DNA from: Octopus vulgaris
Lineage: Eukaryota
Direction of reading: 5' to 3'
NCBI GenBank assembly: GCA_951406725.2
Contig: OX597824.1
Coordinates: 90,024,001-90,088,000, forward strand
DNA: 64,000 nt
Below are positions 13,707-27,587 of the stretch, one piece after another. The first letter of the stretch is position 1, and every line of letters begins with the position of its first letter. The notes under the pieces were generated by a model that worked only from the letters and a program-made list of their open reading frames with translations, was not told where the DNA came from and made no database searches. Both the position numbers and the translations under genes were made by a program.

Positions 13707-14041
13707 TATTGAATACATAAAAGGTCTGTTAGTAGCTGGCGGTGTTTTATAATAAAAAAAAAAATAAAACAAATTCCCCAGTGCTGGTGCCATAGAAACC
13801 ACTGATGCTGGTAAGGATGCAAAGAGCATCAGGGATGATCATGTAAGAAGCACTGGTGATGGTGCCACATAAAAACAATCAGTACACTCTATAAAGTGGT
13901 TGGCATGTTAGGAAGGGTTTCCAGCCATAGAAACCATGCCAAAGGCAAGCAATGGGACCTGGTGTCGCACCTGGCCCTGCCAGCTCCTGTCAAAGAGTTC
14001 AACCCATGCCAGCATGGAAAATGGACACAAATGATGATGAC

Positions 14042-14086
<45 letters not shown>

Positions 14087-14130
14087 AAAAAACACTGCGG
14101 CATTCAAATATTTGAATTTGTCACACTTCA

Positions 14131-14162
<32 letters not shown>

Positions 14163-15037
14163 CAAGATAAATTAAAAAATTTAGCCTTTCTGTCATCAAT
14201 TTGAGGATGTGACAGGTATTGAACCTTAGTCCTTTCTGTTTACATTATGTTGTACAACTAAAGGATAAAAGGATTATGGTAATCAGTTGAATAATTCTGC
14301 TCCCTCTATTCTCATGGTGTTGGCATGTGGTGAGGGTGGTTGTAACACCAGTTGTTTAAGGTGCCCATGGGGGTAGTAGTGATAGGAGAGGTGATGGTGG
14401 TGGTGGTGGTGGCAGTGGTGGCGGCGGCAGATGAAAGCTGTACCAGCAATGGTGGTGGTGTGGTGGTGGTGGTGGCAGATGAAAGTTGTACTAGCAATAG
14501 TGGTGGTGGTGGTGGTGGTGGTGGTAGTAGTAGTAGTAGTGGTGGTGGTGGTGGTGGTAGTAGTATTGGTGGTGGTGGTGGTGGTAGTAGTAGTATTAGT
14601 GGTGGTGGTGGTGGTGGTATTAGTAGCAGTGGTGGTGGTGGTGTGTTGCTAGTTGTAATCAAAACCGGTTTGTGAAATCAACTTGAAAATACTTCATTTA
14701 CGATACTAGCAACTCGGGAGAAATACATGAATATCACAACTTCTCATTTGTCCTGCAAGTAAATATCTTACGTCTTTAAAACCATTAAAACCAGGCAAAA
14801 AACAAAAAAAAAAATATTATCCTCATTGCGACTGCATTTGCTATTTTTACTATTATTATTATTATTATTATTATTGTTATCATTATTCTTCTTCTTATTA
14901 TTATTTTCCATGTATTTTATTTCTTATTTCGGTGATTCTCGTTACTCATCCGAAGTTTCTCTTTCCTTCTTTGACAGATAACTGATTCCCCCACCCCAGC
15001 TTAGTGTCCCTGGAGGCAACGGACCATTCCTGGCACC

Positions 15038-15121
15038 ATGGCCAAGCCCTTTGAGTTTCAATGGCGCATCCCAGTGCCGGATCCCCTCTTAAAAGGAAAT
15101 ACATTTGACCGTTGGGATGAG
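15038..15121 (+). CDS. PLCB4: Phospholipase C beta (PLCB4/norpA-type), first coding exon; exon starts at 14978 with 60 nt of 5' UTR
   Basis: Translates MAKPFEFQWRIPVPDPLLKGNTFDRWDE, matching the PLC-beta4/NorpA N-terminus (MAKPYEFNW...FDRYEE). ATG is in a strong Kozak context (GCACCATGG) with an in-frame upstream TAG. Pyrimidine tract and acceptor ttgacag end at 14977; donor GAG|gtaagt at 15122; phase 0. Confidence 0.93.
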
Positions 15122-15165
15122 GTAAGTTCACTTTTATTCATCGTTATCATTAATTCTTAATTGCT

Positions 15166-15578
15166 TTACTCATTTACTCATTTACTCATTTACTTGTTTC
15201 AGTCATTTGACTGTGGCCATGCTGGAGCACCGCTTTTAGTCGAGCAAATCAACCCCAGGACTTATTCTTTGTAAGCCTACTACTTATTCTATCGGTCTCT
15301 TTTGCCGAACCGCTAAGTGACGGGGATGTAAACACACCAGCATCTGTTGTCAAGCAATGTTGGGTGGGGGGGAACACAACACACAAACATACGCATATAT
15401 ATATATACATATATACGACGGGCTTCTTTCAGTTTCCGTCTACCAAATCCACTCACAAGGCTTTGGTCGGCCTGAGGCTATTGTAGAAGACACTTGCCCA
15501 AGGTGCCACGCAGTGGGACTGAACCCGGAACCATGTGGTTCGTAAGCAAGCTACTTACCACACAGCCACTCCTACGCC
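15166..15578 (-). mobile_element. SINE family A copy about 45 nt downstream of the first coding exon
   Basis: Near-consensus reverse complement of the family A element. Confidence 0.9.
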
Positions 15579-15807
15579 TTTATTTTTATTACTTTTGTTT
15601 TTTTTATCTATTTCTATTGAAATTCCGCTGAAGTCGACTTTGCCTTTCATCCTTTTTTATGGTGGTGGGGGGGTCGATTAAATAAGTACCAGTTACACAC
15701 TGGGGTCGATGTAATCGACTTAATCCCTTCCCCCAAATTTGAGGCCTTGTGCTCCAGGGGAAAGGATTATTTATATCTATTGCTTTCATTATTATCATTA
15801 TTATTAT

Positions 15808-16135
15808 TCATGGCTCAGTGGTTAGAGTGTCGAGCTTATGATCGTGACGTTGTGAGTTCATATCCCGGACCCGGCTGTGTGTTGTGTTCTTGAGCAAGAC
15901 ACTTTATTTCTCATTGCTCCAGTTCACTCAGCTGTAGAAATGAGATGCAACGTCACAGGTGCCAAGCTGTATCGGCCCCTTTGCCTTTCCCTTGGATAAC
16001 ATCAGTGGCTTGGAGAGAGAAGGCCAGTATGCATGGGCGACTGCTGGTCTTCCTTAAACAACCTTGCCCAGACTTGTGCCTGGGAGGGTAACTTTCTAGG
16101 TGCAATTCCATGATCAGTCATGACCGAAGGAATCT
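15808..16135 (+). mobile_element. tRNA-derived SINE family D
   Basis: Head tggctcagtggttagag...gagttc; inverted copy at about 10400-10700 (+11302-11330). A related family shares the head and middle at about 6705-7000, 42070-42385 and 61540-61845. Confidence 0.75.
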
Positions 16136-16297
16136 CAGCATATTATTCAGTAGTCTTGTTCTTATCACGTACTTTCACTGCACTACCGAGCGCAGCACTG
16201 TGTGCCTTGGGTATGTGCTGTGGTTTGTTGTGATGCTCTGATGGTTATTATTATTATTATTATTATTATTATCATTATTATTATTATTATTATTATT

Positions 16298-16511
16298 CAG
16301 TAGTTTTATTTTTATAGCGTGCTTTCACTTCACTACCGAGCGCAGCACTGTGTGCCTTGGGTATGTGCTGTGGTTTGTTGTGATGCTCTTATTTTCACTG
16401 TATTGAAAGGGTTTTGTGTAGGACGTGTGCAGTGCCTAGCAGTGCTATTTTCTGTATGTTATATATACTTGTAAGTCCCGGTGCTTTTGTTATGTATTTG
16501 TCTGAATGTTT
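16298..16511 (-). mobile_element. 3' end of an R4/Dong-like restriction-endonuclease LINE in a (TAA)n tract; second shorter copy at about 16148-16243
   Basis: ORF end KHSDKYITKAPGLTSIYNIQKIALLGTAHVLHKTLSIQ* (QKxALLGTAxIL motif of R4-clade ORF C-termini); both copies are bounded by (TAA)n. Confidence 0.7.
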
Positions 16512-17385
16512 TATTATTATTATTATCATTATTATTATAAACGTCGCACAGTATAAAATATTGTGAGATTGTTGTATTATCATTATTATTATTATTATTA
16601 TTATTATTAAGGTTGTGAACTGACAGAATCGTTAGCAAAATGCTTAATGCCATTACTTCTGGGTAAAATGTCGAATGGCAATTCTTCCGTCTTTATGTTC
16701 TGGGTTCAAATTCCACCGTGGCAGAATTTGCCTTTCATCCTTTCGGGGTCGATAAGTACCGGTTGATCCCGTATCCCTTTCCCTAAAATCGCTAGCCCGT
16801 GCCAAAATGTGAAACCCTTATTATTACTAAGCCAGTGAGGTGGCAGAATCATTTAGATGCCAGAGAAAATGCTCAGCAGCATTTCTTCCAGCTTTTGATT
16901 CCGAGTTCAAATGCTGCCAAGGTCACTTCACTTTTTAGCCTTTCAAGGTCAATCAGATAAGCACAAGTCGAACTCTGGTGTTATGTAAATGACTGACCCC
17001 TCTCCCAAAAGTTCAGGCCTTGTGCCTATAGTAGAAAAGATTATTATTATTATTATTATTATTATTATTGAGTGAGAGAGCAGCACATGCCATGAAAGTG
17101 ACACTGGGGTAAAATATACGAAGCCCAGTATACCCATCATGACTACCCATCTGAAAGGGGTACACCAGGCACATGCATCACAATCATATGTGTGTGACAT
17201 GGTGATCTCATATCAAGACAAACAGCACATGACCTTGCAGGTGAGGCCCGGTTAGAATTTTCTTCTGGTCAAGTAACCCATCCTGCTCAAAAGGTCCCTG
17301 AATAAGGGTTGTTTAAGGATGTTGAATGAAACACCCATGTTTCCAAAGGTGAATTATTCAAACCCCAAAAATCCCTTTCAACACA

Positions 17386-17419
<34 letters not shown>

Positions 17420-17880
17420 TGTTTCTTTATTACCCACAAGGGGCTAAACATAGAGGGGACAAATAAGGACAGACAAACGGATTAAGTCGATTACATCGAC
17501 CCCAGTGCGTAACTGGTACTTAATTTATCGACCCCGAAAGGATGAAAGGCAAAGTCGACCTCGGCGGAATTTTAACTCACAACGCAACGACAGACGCAAT
17601 ACCGCTAAGCATTTCGCCGGTGTGCAAACGTTTCTGCCAGCTCGCTGCCTTATTATTATTATTATTATCATCATTTAGGATGTGAGTTGGCAAAATCCTG
17701 AGTGCAACGGACAAAATGCTTAACAGTATTTCATGCTTCTTCATGTTCTGAGATCAAATTCCACTGAGGTTGACTTTGCCCATCATCCTTTCAGGGTTAA
17801 TAAAATAGAGTACTAGCCAAATACTAGGTTGATGTAATCGACTACCTCATCCCTACCAAAATTTCAGGCCTTTAGAAGGG

Positions 17881-17918
<38 letters not shown>

Positions 17919-18238
17919 GATTATTATTATTTAAGATGGCGGAATTGATAGCATGCTGGGCAAAATGCTAAGAAGACCAGCTTGTTGCTCTGGCAACGAT
18001 CTCATTGAGGCAGACAAACAAGGACTGTGCCTTGTGGTTATCCCATCTTTATCAAACCTATTACATTCAGGACTATGTCATGCAGCATGTTCTGCCATTT
18101 TCTAAGATTGCAGAGTACGAAAAAAATATTTGGCTGCTGTTTCTAGCAATTTGGATGACTACATAGATCAGCAGTTTGCAGCAGTTCCCAACGGTTTTCC
18201 CTCTATAAATGTAATAAATTTTTTTCTGTAACTGTATA

Positions 18239-18658
18239 GGCGTAGGAGTGGCTGTGTGGTAAGTAGCTTGCTTACCAATCACATGGTTCCAGGTTCACAC
18301 TCACTGCGTGGCACCTTGGGCAAGTGTCTTCTACTATAGCTTCGGGCCGACCAAAACTTTGTGAGTGAATTTGGTAAATGAAAACTGAAAGAAGCCCATC
18401 GCATATATATATATATATATATATATACACGTGTGTGTGTGTATATATTTGTGTGTCTGTGTTTGACCCCCCCCCCCCCAACATCACTTGACAACTGATG
18501 CTGGTGTGTTTACGTCCCCGTAACTTAGCGGTTCGGCAAAAGAGACCAATAGAATAAGTACTAGGCTTACAAGGAATAAGCCTTGGAGTCAATTTGCTCG
18601 ACTAAAAGCGGTGCTCCAGCATGGCCACAGTCAAATGACTGAAACAAGTAAAAGAGTA
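18239..18658 (+). mobile_element. SINE family A copy
   Basis: Near-consensus copy, inverted relative to 15166-15578. Confidence 0.9.
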
Positions 18659-18829
18659 ACTGATTTGTCTTAACCTTTTTGGTGCAGCCCCTCACCCCTT
18701 ACCCCTTACCCATCCCCACAAAAAAAATCCAGGTTTTGGATCTGGTGCAGGTATTAAAAGTGAGAATCACAGACACAGGCGCTTCAATGATAACATTCTA
18801 CTCCATAATTTCCAACTCTTTTTGTCTGT

Positions 18830-19140
18830 GGAGGCACATGGCCTAGTGGTTAGAGCAGCGGACTTGTGGTCGAGGGATCGCGGGTTCGAATCTCAGACCA
18901 GGCGATGTGTGTGTTTATGAGCGAAACATTTAACTAAGCTCCACACGGCTCCGGCAGAAGGTAATGGCGAAACTTCTGCTGACTCTTTTGCCACAACTTT
19001 CTCCCACTCTTTCCTCCAGCATCTTGCAGCTCACGTGTGACGGACCGGTGTCCCATCCAGGTGGGGAACCTATACGCCAAGGAAACTGGGAAACTGGCCC
19101 TTATGAGCCAGGCGTGGCTCGAGAAGAAACAAACAACAAC
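18830..19140 (+). mobile_element. tRNA-derived SINE family C
   Basis: A box tggcctagtggttaga and B box gggttcgaatc, ending (AAC)n. Near-identical copy at about 24108-24412; a related subfamily at 43325-43618(-) and 57925-58220(-). Confidence 0.85.
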
Positions 19141-21422
19141 TTTTATTGTCTACACCTCTTTTTATAATCCGAACCAGTGCTCATGTTCTCACTGACTCTC
19201 CATAACAAATTTCCTTTATTCACAAACAATCTCCTTGCTAAAATGTTATATCTAAGAAGAGGTTTTCTGCTCTATTTCTCAGATTCATAAACTTTAGCTT
19301 CAAATCTGACACAATTTTAATATACATCATTGTGAATAAAGCATTCTTTGTTTTTCTTTATTCCCTCATCCCTCCTCATTTTAGATTGGAATTATTTTAT
19401 CTGTAACATATAGCTGAATGGTTATGAAGTTTGCTTCACAACCATGAGATCCCAGGTTCAATTCTACTGTATGGCACATGGAGCAGATGTCATTTTCTAT
19501 ATCTTCAGGTCCTCAGGTTAATCCATGCCTTGTGAGTAAAAGTGGATAGATGGAAACTGTGCAGAAGCACACCCGGTGGGGGTGGGGGTCTGCCTGTAAT
19601 TCAGTAACCTACAGTATTGTGACATACAGTGTCATCATGATTCTGTCTGAGTTGGCCAGAAGGAAATGTAATAAATTTTTTTCTGTAACTGTATAGGTGT
19701 AGGAGTGGCTGTGTGGTAAGTAGCTTGCTTACGAACCACATGGTTCCGGGTTCACTTCCACTATGTGGCACCTTGGGCAAGTGTCTTCTACTATAGCCTC
19801 GGGCCAACCAAAGCCTTTTGAGTGAATTTGGTAGATGGAAACTGAAAAAAGATCATCATATATATATATATATGATGTACTAGGCTTACAAAAAATAAGT
19901 CCTGGGGCTTATTTGTTTGACTAAAGGTGGTGCTCCAGCATGGCTGCAGTCAAATAACTGAAGCAAGAAAAAGGATAAAAGAATATAGAAAAATTAATTA
20001 TTTTGTTCCACACGGGTAGACATAGAGAAAAAATAGATGTTGAAGATGTGCTGAGAATAGTTAAAATATTTTTTGGCACATGAAAAGCACCATCCAAGCA
20101 TGGCCGATGCCAGTATCGCCTGATTGGCCCTCATACCGGTGGCACGTAAAAAGCTTCCACTACACTTTTTGAGTGGTTGGCGTTAGGAAGGGCATCCAGC
20201 TGTAGAAACTCTGCCAGATCAGATTGGAGCCTGGTGCAGCCTCCTGGCCTGCCAGCCCTCAATCAAACCATCCAACCCATGCCAGCATGGAAAACAAACG
20301 TTAAACGATGATGATGAGTGGAGCAGGTAAAATCCAGGCTACATATGTTTCCTAGCTAGCAGATCTTTTGATGCAATAATTACTGGACAAGGGATACTCA
20401 ACCAGCTACTTATCAGGTCGAAGATGCCTTAAGGTTACACTATCGTTAAGGATTTAACCAATTTCTCAGTTTACAGGGATTTTCAAAAAGTTGTTGAAAT
20501 AGAAAGACCCAGCTATCTTGTTTTGGCAGAAACGTTAGCATTCCGGGCGAAATGCTTAGCCGTATTTCATCTGCCGTTACGTTCTGAGTTCAAATTCCGC
20601 CAAGGTCAACTTTGCCTTTCATCCTTTCGGGGTCGATAAATAAAGTACCAGTTACGCACTGGGGTCGATGTAATCGACTTAATCCGTTTGTCTGTTTTTT
20701 TGTCCACTCTATGTTTAGCCCCTTGTGGGCAATAAAGAAATATATCTTGCTTCTGACCAGTGTTTGAAGCTTGCCCTATTTTTATAGGGAGTTCATGGCT
20801 CAAATTAGTGTAAGTTTTAAATAGGATTTGATTGGTAGAGGATAGTCACATGACTGGTCTTAGAAATTTTTCTAGATTCCCCACTGCACCAGTGTGTTAG
20901 TATCAAGTGGCAATGTTTAAGTTAAGGCTGACACAGTTGACTGAACATGTCTATACAATCACTGCTCTGAATGTTTTCTATCAAATGTTTGCAGAGAATT
21001 ATCACATGATTAAATTTAGAACCTTTTATACGCCCCCTCCCCCGAGCTATATCCCTGTGTTAGTGTCACATGAGAGTATATTTTGCACCTAAAAAGGAGG
21101 CCGACACGGTTGAGTAAACTTGTTTAGTTACAGTCAAGGCACTTTAAATTTGCTGTGGACATTTTGAACATTTCCATTGCTCCAAATTTATCTCTAATTC
21201 AAAGGAAGGTTAAGCTGATGGATCTGTTTCAGACTCCCTTCTGAAGGGTCTTCTTTGCACTTCAACTACATCTACAAACTCCCAGTAGCCCTTTAGAACA
21301 TATTTCATTTGTTCAAAGTTTAGCCTGGTTCCTTTCATTATTTCTAATGGGTCAAATGAAAAAAATGGAATGTAAATTATTAACAGTAAAACTTTTGGTT
21401 TTTTTTATTTTTGAGATACACC

Positions 21423-21466
<44 letters not shown>

Positions 21467-23337
21467 GGAAAAAAAAAAAACAAACAAAACAAAAGATGAA
21501 GTCGGGTGTGTAAACAACAAACAGATGTATTAGTTTAACGCTCGGGAAGTGAGGAAGTATTTTATGTTTCGAGCCCACGCTCTTCGGCAGAAAGGAACAC
21601 AGAAATGAACAGGGAGAGAAAATAGAGAAAGGTTTATACACACACACACACACACACACATATATACACATTTATGCATATATATATATATATGTATGTA
21701 TACACACACACACACACACACACATTTTTTGGCGATATGTTGTGTTTGAGGAGACCTGTGAAGCCAAGTGAAATCATAGTCTTGGCTGATGATGATATCA
21801 CATAATTGACACGTAAAAAGCACCTTTTGAACATTGGACCACACAGTGGTAAGATGGCCAATGGCCTCATCAATGGTATCTACTCACAGCCACTTGCCTA
21901 GACAAGACATATCTCCTCCAGTATATAGGCCACACTAAGTAATTCATTCGTGGACATCAAAAATAGGCTCCAGGCTGCATAAAGACCTGAAGAATGTCAC
22001 CTGTCAACAGTGTATATCCATAAACTATGATATATAAGGGGCTATCTTAATGCTGCTTCAGTTACATCATAATATAATATATTATCATAATATATTCATC
22101 ATCATAATATATTCATTTCATCATCATAATATATTCATTTCATCATCATAATATATCAATCTCATCATCATAATATATTCATCACATCATCATAATATAT
22201 TCATCTCATCATCATAATATATTCATTTGCATATACCAGCATGTTCTTTTTCCTTTTATCTCCATACATCCTGGGTCCGTATCATTGGTCTATTTGCTCC
22301 GTCATGTTCCTTTGTCATCATTCTTTCCTCTCTAGTTGAGCATCTTATCACCATTATCTATATCTTGCAGTTCCTACAAATCATGATGCTTATCTCGCAA
22401 TACTGTGACCTCCGCTTATCACTAATATTTATGCCTCTATCACATATGCATCGCTCTCTGTGGACAGGGCTGACAAACAAGCAGAGATATGGAATCACAA
22501 TGCCCTTTTAGATGTACTTAGGCCACCTCTTAAGGACATGACCACCCCTTTAGTACTACTCTGGATTCATGGAAAACACATTCAGTACACTGTGAAGTGA
22601 GTAATGTTGTGATCCCTCTTTTATATTGCCGAGGACGCAGAAGCTTCTCTTGTGCTGGTGCCATGAAAAAGCCACATATAGTATGCTCTGAAAAAATAGT
22701 TGGTGTTAGGAAGGCCATCCGACCACAGGAACTCTGTTAAAACTGAAGAGCAAGCAAAATATTGTCCTTTTGACCTCCAACTATGACATCCTGTCTAGTC
22801 CATGTGAACATGGAAAGCAGACGTGAAACAAAGATAATTATGATGATGATGATGATAACACTATACATTTTATGTGTGTATGTATGTGTGTGTGTGTGTA
22901 TATATATATATAAATAAATATATATATAAATAAATAAATATATATATAAATAAATATATATATAAATAAATATATATATATAAATAATATATATATATAT
23001 ATATAAATAAATAAATAAATAAATATATATATATTTACAAGTACAGACACATACACACACACGTACATATATATGTTCTTCAACACTTTTACTTGGTTTC
23101 AGTTATTGATCTGTTGCCATGCTGGTGTGCAGACAGATATATTGATCCTGGTACTTGAAAAGCTGGTACTTACTTATATTTTAGTGACCTCAGAATGAAG
23201 GGAAGGTGAAATCATCCTGGGTGGGATTTGAACTTGGAAAGCAACCATCAGTGCAATGCATTTTGTCTGTCTACCAATTCTGGTAATCCAGTGTCAAATA
23301 TATATGAGTATACATACATGCATGCATGCATATATAC

Positions 23338-23368
<31 letters not shown>

Positions 23369-24839
23369 AATGGGGTGACTGAACAAAGCTTTATAAGGCA
23401 AGAGGCCTTTATTCATTGCTTGATAAGCTAGAAATAACAACTAAATATCCCTTGTCTCTTTCATTTCGTCTTACGAGTTTCTTGGTGACCCCTCTTGTGT
23501 CATTACCACATAAAAAGCACTCAGAACACTCAAAAAAAGAAGGGGTTAGCATTAGACAGGGCCCCCAATCATAGAAATCCTGCCAAAGCAGACACTGGAG
23601 CTGGGTGCAGTTCTGTAGTTCACCATCTTCTTTCGAACTGTCCAACCCATGCCAGCATGGAAAACAGACATTCGATGGTGATGATGATGATGATGTCTGT
23701 CAAAATTCACAGACTTTGTTTCAATAAATTTTTTAAAGAATGAAGAATTTAGTAAAATGTCAATTGTTGTTATTAAGCTGATGTTTGTAATGAAATTAGC
23801 AAGAAATTTTGATGAAAGCTTTTAATTTAGAATGTTTTAAAACACTAAGTTCATATGATGGAACTAAGGTTGGTCCCTGGTGGGTTGCTATCAAGAGTTA
23901 ATTTACACCTTTCCGTCTTAAAAAAAGTAAATATCTCACCTTGATTAATCTGGTTCTAAATAAACTGTCTGCAATTTACAATTCTTTTTGGTTATTTTGT
24001 GTGTGTGTGTGTGTGCAAGCGCGTGTAATATGCATGTGTGTGTGTGTGTGTATGTAATCATGTATATGTGTGTGTATGAGTATATGTGTGTAAGGCATGT
24101 GTGAATGTGGAGGCACATGGCCTAGTGGTTAGAGCAGCAGACTCGTGGTCAAGGAATCGCAGGTTCAAATCTCAGACTGGGCGATGTGTATGTTTATGAG
24201 CAAAAACACCTAAGCTCCATGCAGCTCTGGCAGAAGGTAATGGCGAACTTCTGCTGACTTTTTCACCACAACTTTACCTCACTCTTTCCTCCTGCATCTT
24301 TGCAGCTCACCTGCGACGGACCGGTGTCCCGTCCAGGTGGGGAACCTATATGCCAATGAAACCGGGAAACTGGCCCTTATGAGCCAGGCATGGCTCGACA
24401 AGGAACAAACAAACTCTTGGAGTAAACAATCACATCGTCGAAATCTTGAAGCTATAAGATAATACATGATTAATTTAAAGCAAGTGGAACAAACATACAT
24501 CACATTTAATAGAGTAATATGAATGCCAAAGGGTTTAAGAAATTCTAAGTCAGACACAGACAGAATCCAGATTGGAGACTTGGACAAATCCTCTGTGTGT
24601 TAGATCTGGTTTCCACACAGGATGACCTGGGTTGTATGATTTAATAGGATCTGACAAGCTGGAGCACTGTTCCTTGTTTCAGTGTCTGCTTTGGTATGGT
24701 TTCTATGACTGGCGCCCACTAATAATAATTCAGCAAAATCTCGTTGGAATAACTCATTTATGTCCATTCTGTCATTATTCCCAACCATTGAGTATCTTGG
24801 ACTTCATTATCTACAAGAAAGTAAAAAGTGATGTGACAA

Positions 24840-25508
24840 ATATTTAGCAACTATTTTCTGGCATTGTGTATCTTGGAATACATTATCAATGGTGTCTTTC
24901 TCTTTGAAACAGTAAGAAGTGACAGGAGGGATATTTAGCAACTATTTTCTGGCATTGTGTATCTTGGAGTGTGGTAAGTAGCTTGTTTACCAACCACATG
25001 GTTCCGGGTTCAGTCCCATTGTGTGGCACCTTGGGCAAGTGTCTTCTACTATAGCCTCGGGCCGACCAAAGCCTTGTGAGTGGATTTGGTAGACGGAAAC
25101 TTAAAGAAGCCCATCGTATATATATTTATATGCGTGTGTGTGTTTGTGTGTCTGTGTTTGTCCCACTAGCATTGCTTGACAACTGATGCTGGTGTGTTTA
25201 TGTCCCCATTACTTAGCAGTTCGGCAAAAGAGACCGATAGAATAAGTACTGGGCTTACAAAAAGAATAAGTCCCGGGGTCAAGTTGCTCGACTAAAGGTG
25301 GTGCTCCAGCATGGCCGCAGTCAAATGACTGAAGCAAGTAAAAGAGAGTAAAAGAGTAAGAGTATCAACTGTGACTTTCTCTTTAAAACTGTAAGAAGTG
25401 ACAGGGGGGATATTTAGCAACTATTTTCTGGCATTGTGTATCTTGGAATATATTACCAATTGTGTCTTTCTCTTTAGAACAGTAAGAAGTGACAGGAGGG
25501 ATATTTAG
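24840..25508. repeat. 91-bp tandem repeat (about 3 units) interrupted by a family A SINE
   Basis: atatttagcaactattttctggcattgtgtatcttgga recurs at 24840, 24931 and 25410, with a partial unit at 25501. Confidence 0.85.
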
Positions 25509-25886
25509 ATTTCGTTCTTTGCAGGTTAACCAACCACATCAAATCCTTCCTTGCTGGCCCACCCCCAAAGAAGCTAATGCTTAAAAAGTGTTAACACAGA
25601 CAGACATATACTGACAGTGATTCTAATGGAAATAGGTGCTAATGGAGGCATCTTGGACTTGGTCGGACAGAATGTAGCCAAAATAGGTATAAATCAATAG
25701 TTACATAGTAGATGGCGCCGCTGTCTTCTAAATTTAGCAGAGATTTTCAACCAGAGACTGGATAAACGTTGTTTGTGTGTTTTTTTTTGTTGTTGCTTTA
25801 TTTTATTTTATTTTTTTTTCTTATTTGATTTTATACTGTGAAATACATTTGCATGTGTTGTGTGTAGGTGATAAAGAGAGAATGAT

Positions 25887-25958
<72 letters not shown>

Positions 25959-26392
25959 ACCCACACACACACAGACACACACACACACACACAGACACAC
26001 ACACACACAGATACACACACAGCATATTTTATAGAGACAGAAGGGAGTTAAGATAGAAATAAATTGTGTGTGTATGTGTGTATATATATGTATATGTATG
26101 TATATATATATATGTGTGTGTGTGTATGTATATGTGTGTATGTATGTATATATATATGTGTGTGTATATGTATATATGTATATGTGTGTATGTATATATA
26201 TATGTATGTGTGTGTGTATGTATATATATATGTGTGTGTGTATGTATGTATATATATATATGTATGTATGTAAGTATGTATATATATGTATGTATATATA
26301 TATATGTATATGTATGTATATATATATATGTATATGTATGTATGTATATATATATATATATATATGTATGTATATATATATGTATATATATG

Positions 26393-26437
<45 letters not shown>

Positions 26438-26474
26438 ATGTATATATATATGTGTATATATATATGTATATATG

Positions 26475-26505
<31 letters not shown>

Positions 26506-26597
26506 ATATATATGTATGTATATATATATATGTATGTATATATATATATATGTATATATATATATGTATGTATATATATGTATATATATGTATATAT

Positions 26598-26638
<41 letters not shown>

Positions 26639-26769
26639 TATATATGTATATATATATGTATGTATATATATATATGTATATATATATATATGTATGTATA
26701 TATATATATATGTATATATATATATGTATATATATATATATGTATGTATATATATATATATGTTAAACG

Positions 26770-26841
<72 letters not shown>

Positions 26842-27160
26842 TTCACGATGTTAAGTACACAAATATTTGGCTTGTGTAAATATGGCTCTATCTGTATGTG
26901 TGCGCATGCACGTGCGCACATGTGAGTGTGTGCATATGCACACATTATTATCATATGTATAAAATATACATAAATTTCCTTTATACACAGACCCAGAACG
27001 TGTGTTTGTGTGTGTGTGTGTGTGTGAGTGTGCGTGCATATGTGTGTGTGTGTGTGTGTGTTTGCAGTTCTAAGATTACTTGCCATATCAACCCTACAAT
27101 AAATATTTACACTTTTGAATTTGAGGAATTTTTCTTTGCTTTTGTAAACTGCATAGCAAT

Positions 27161-27191
<31 letters not shown>

Positions 27192-27300
27192 CTTACATGC
27201 ATACATATATGCATACATGCATATATACACACATACATGCATACATACACAAATACATACATACATATGTACATTCATAAATGCATACATACATGCACAT
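25887..27300. repeat. Compound (CA)n/(TA)n/(TG)n microsatellite block
   Basis: Direct reading; similar blocks at about 30060-30525, 34690-36090 and 54060-55140. Confidence 0.95.
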
Positions 27301-27536
27301 TATTATTATTATAATTATAATTAAGATGGTGTGCTGGTAGAATCGTTAGCATGTTGGACGAAATGCTTAGTGGTATCTCGCCTGTCGCTATGTCCTGAGT
27401 TCAAATTCCACCGAGGTCGAATTTACTTTTCATCCTTTTGGGGTCAATCAAATAAGTACCAATTGTACACTGGGGTTGATGTAATTGACTCATCCCCTCC
27501 CCCAAAACTGCTGCCACTGTGGCAAAATTTAAAACC

Positions 27537-27587
<51 letters not shown>

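Noticed and set aside
18830-18905. Functional tRNA gene (also other SINE heads)
   Set aside because: A and B boxes are present but there is no complete cloverleaf with acceptor stem, and each continues into a repeated SINE body.
26064-26879. 200-260-aa Y/I/C/V/M-rich ORFs (also at 29945-30730, 34681-35322 and 53835-55291)
   Set aside because: Dinucleotide microsatellite translations; only the last 80 nt of the 54869-55291 ORF are a real exon.
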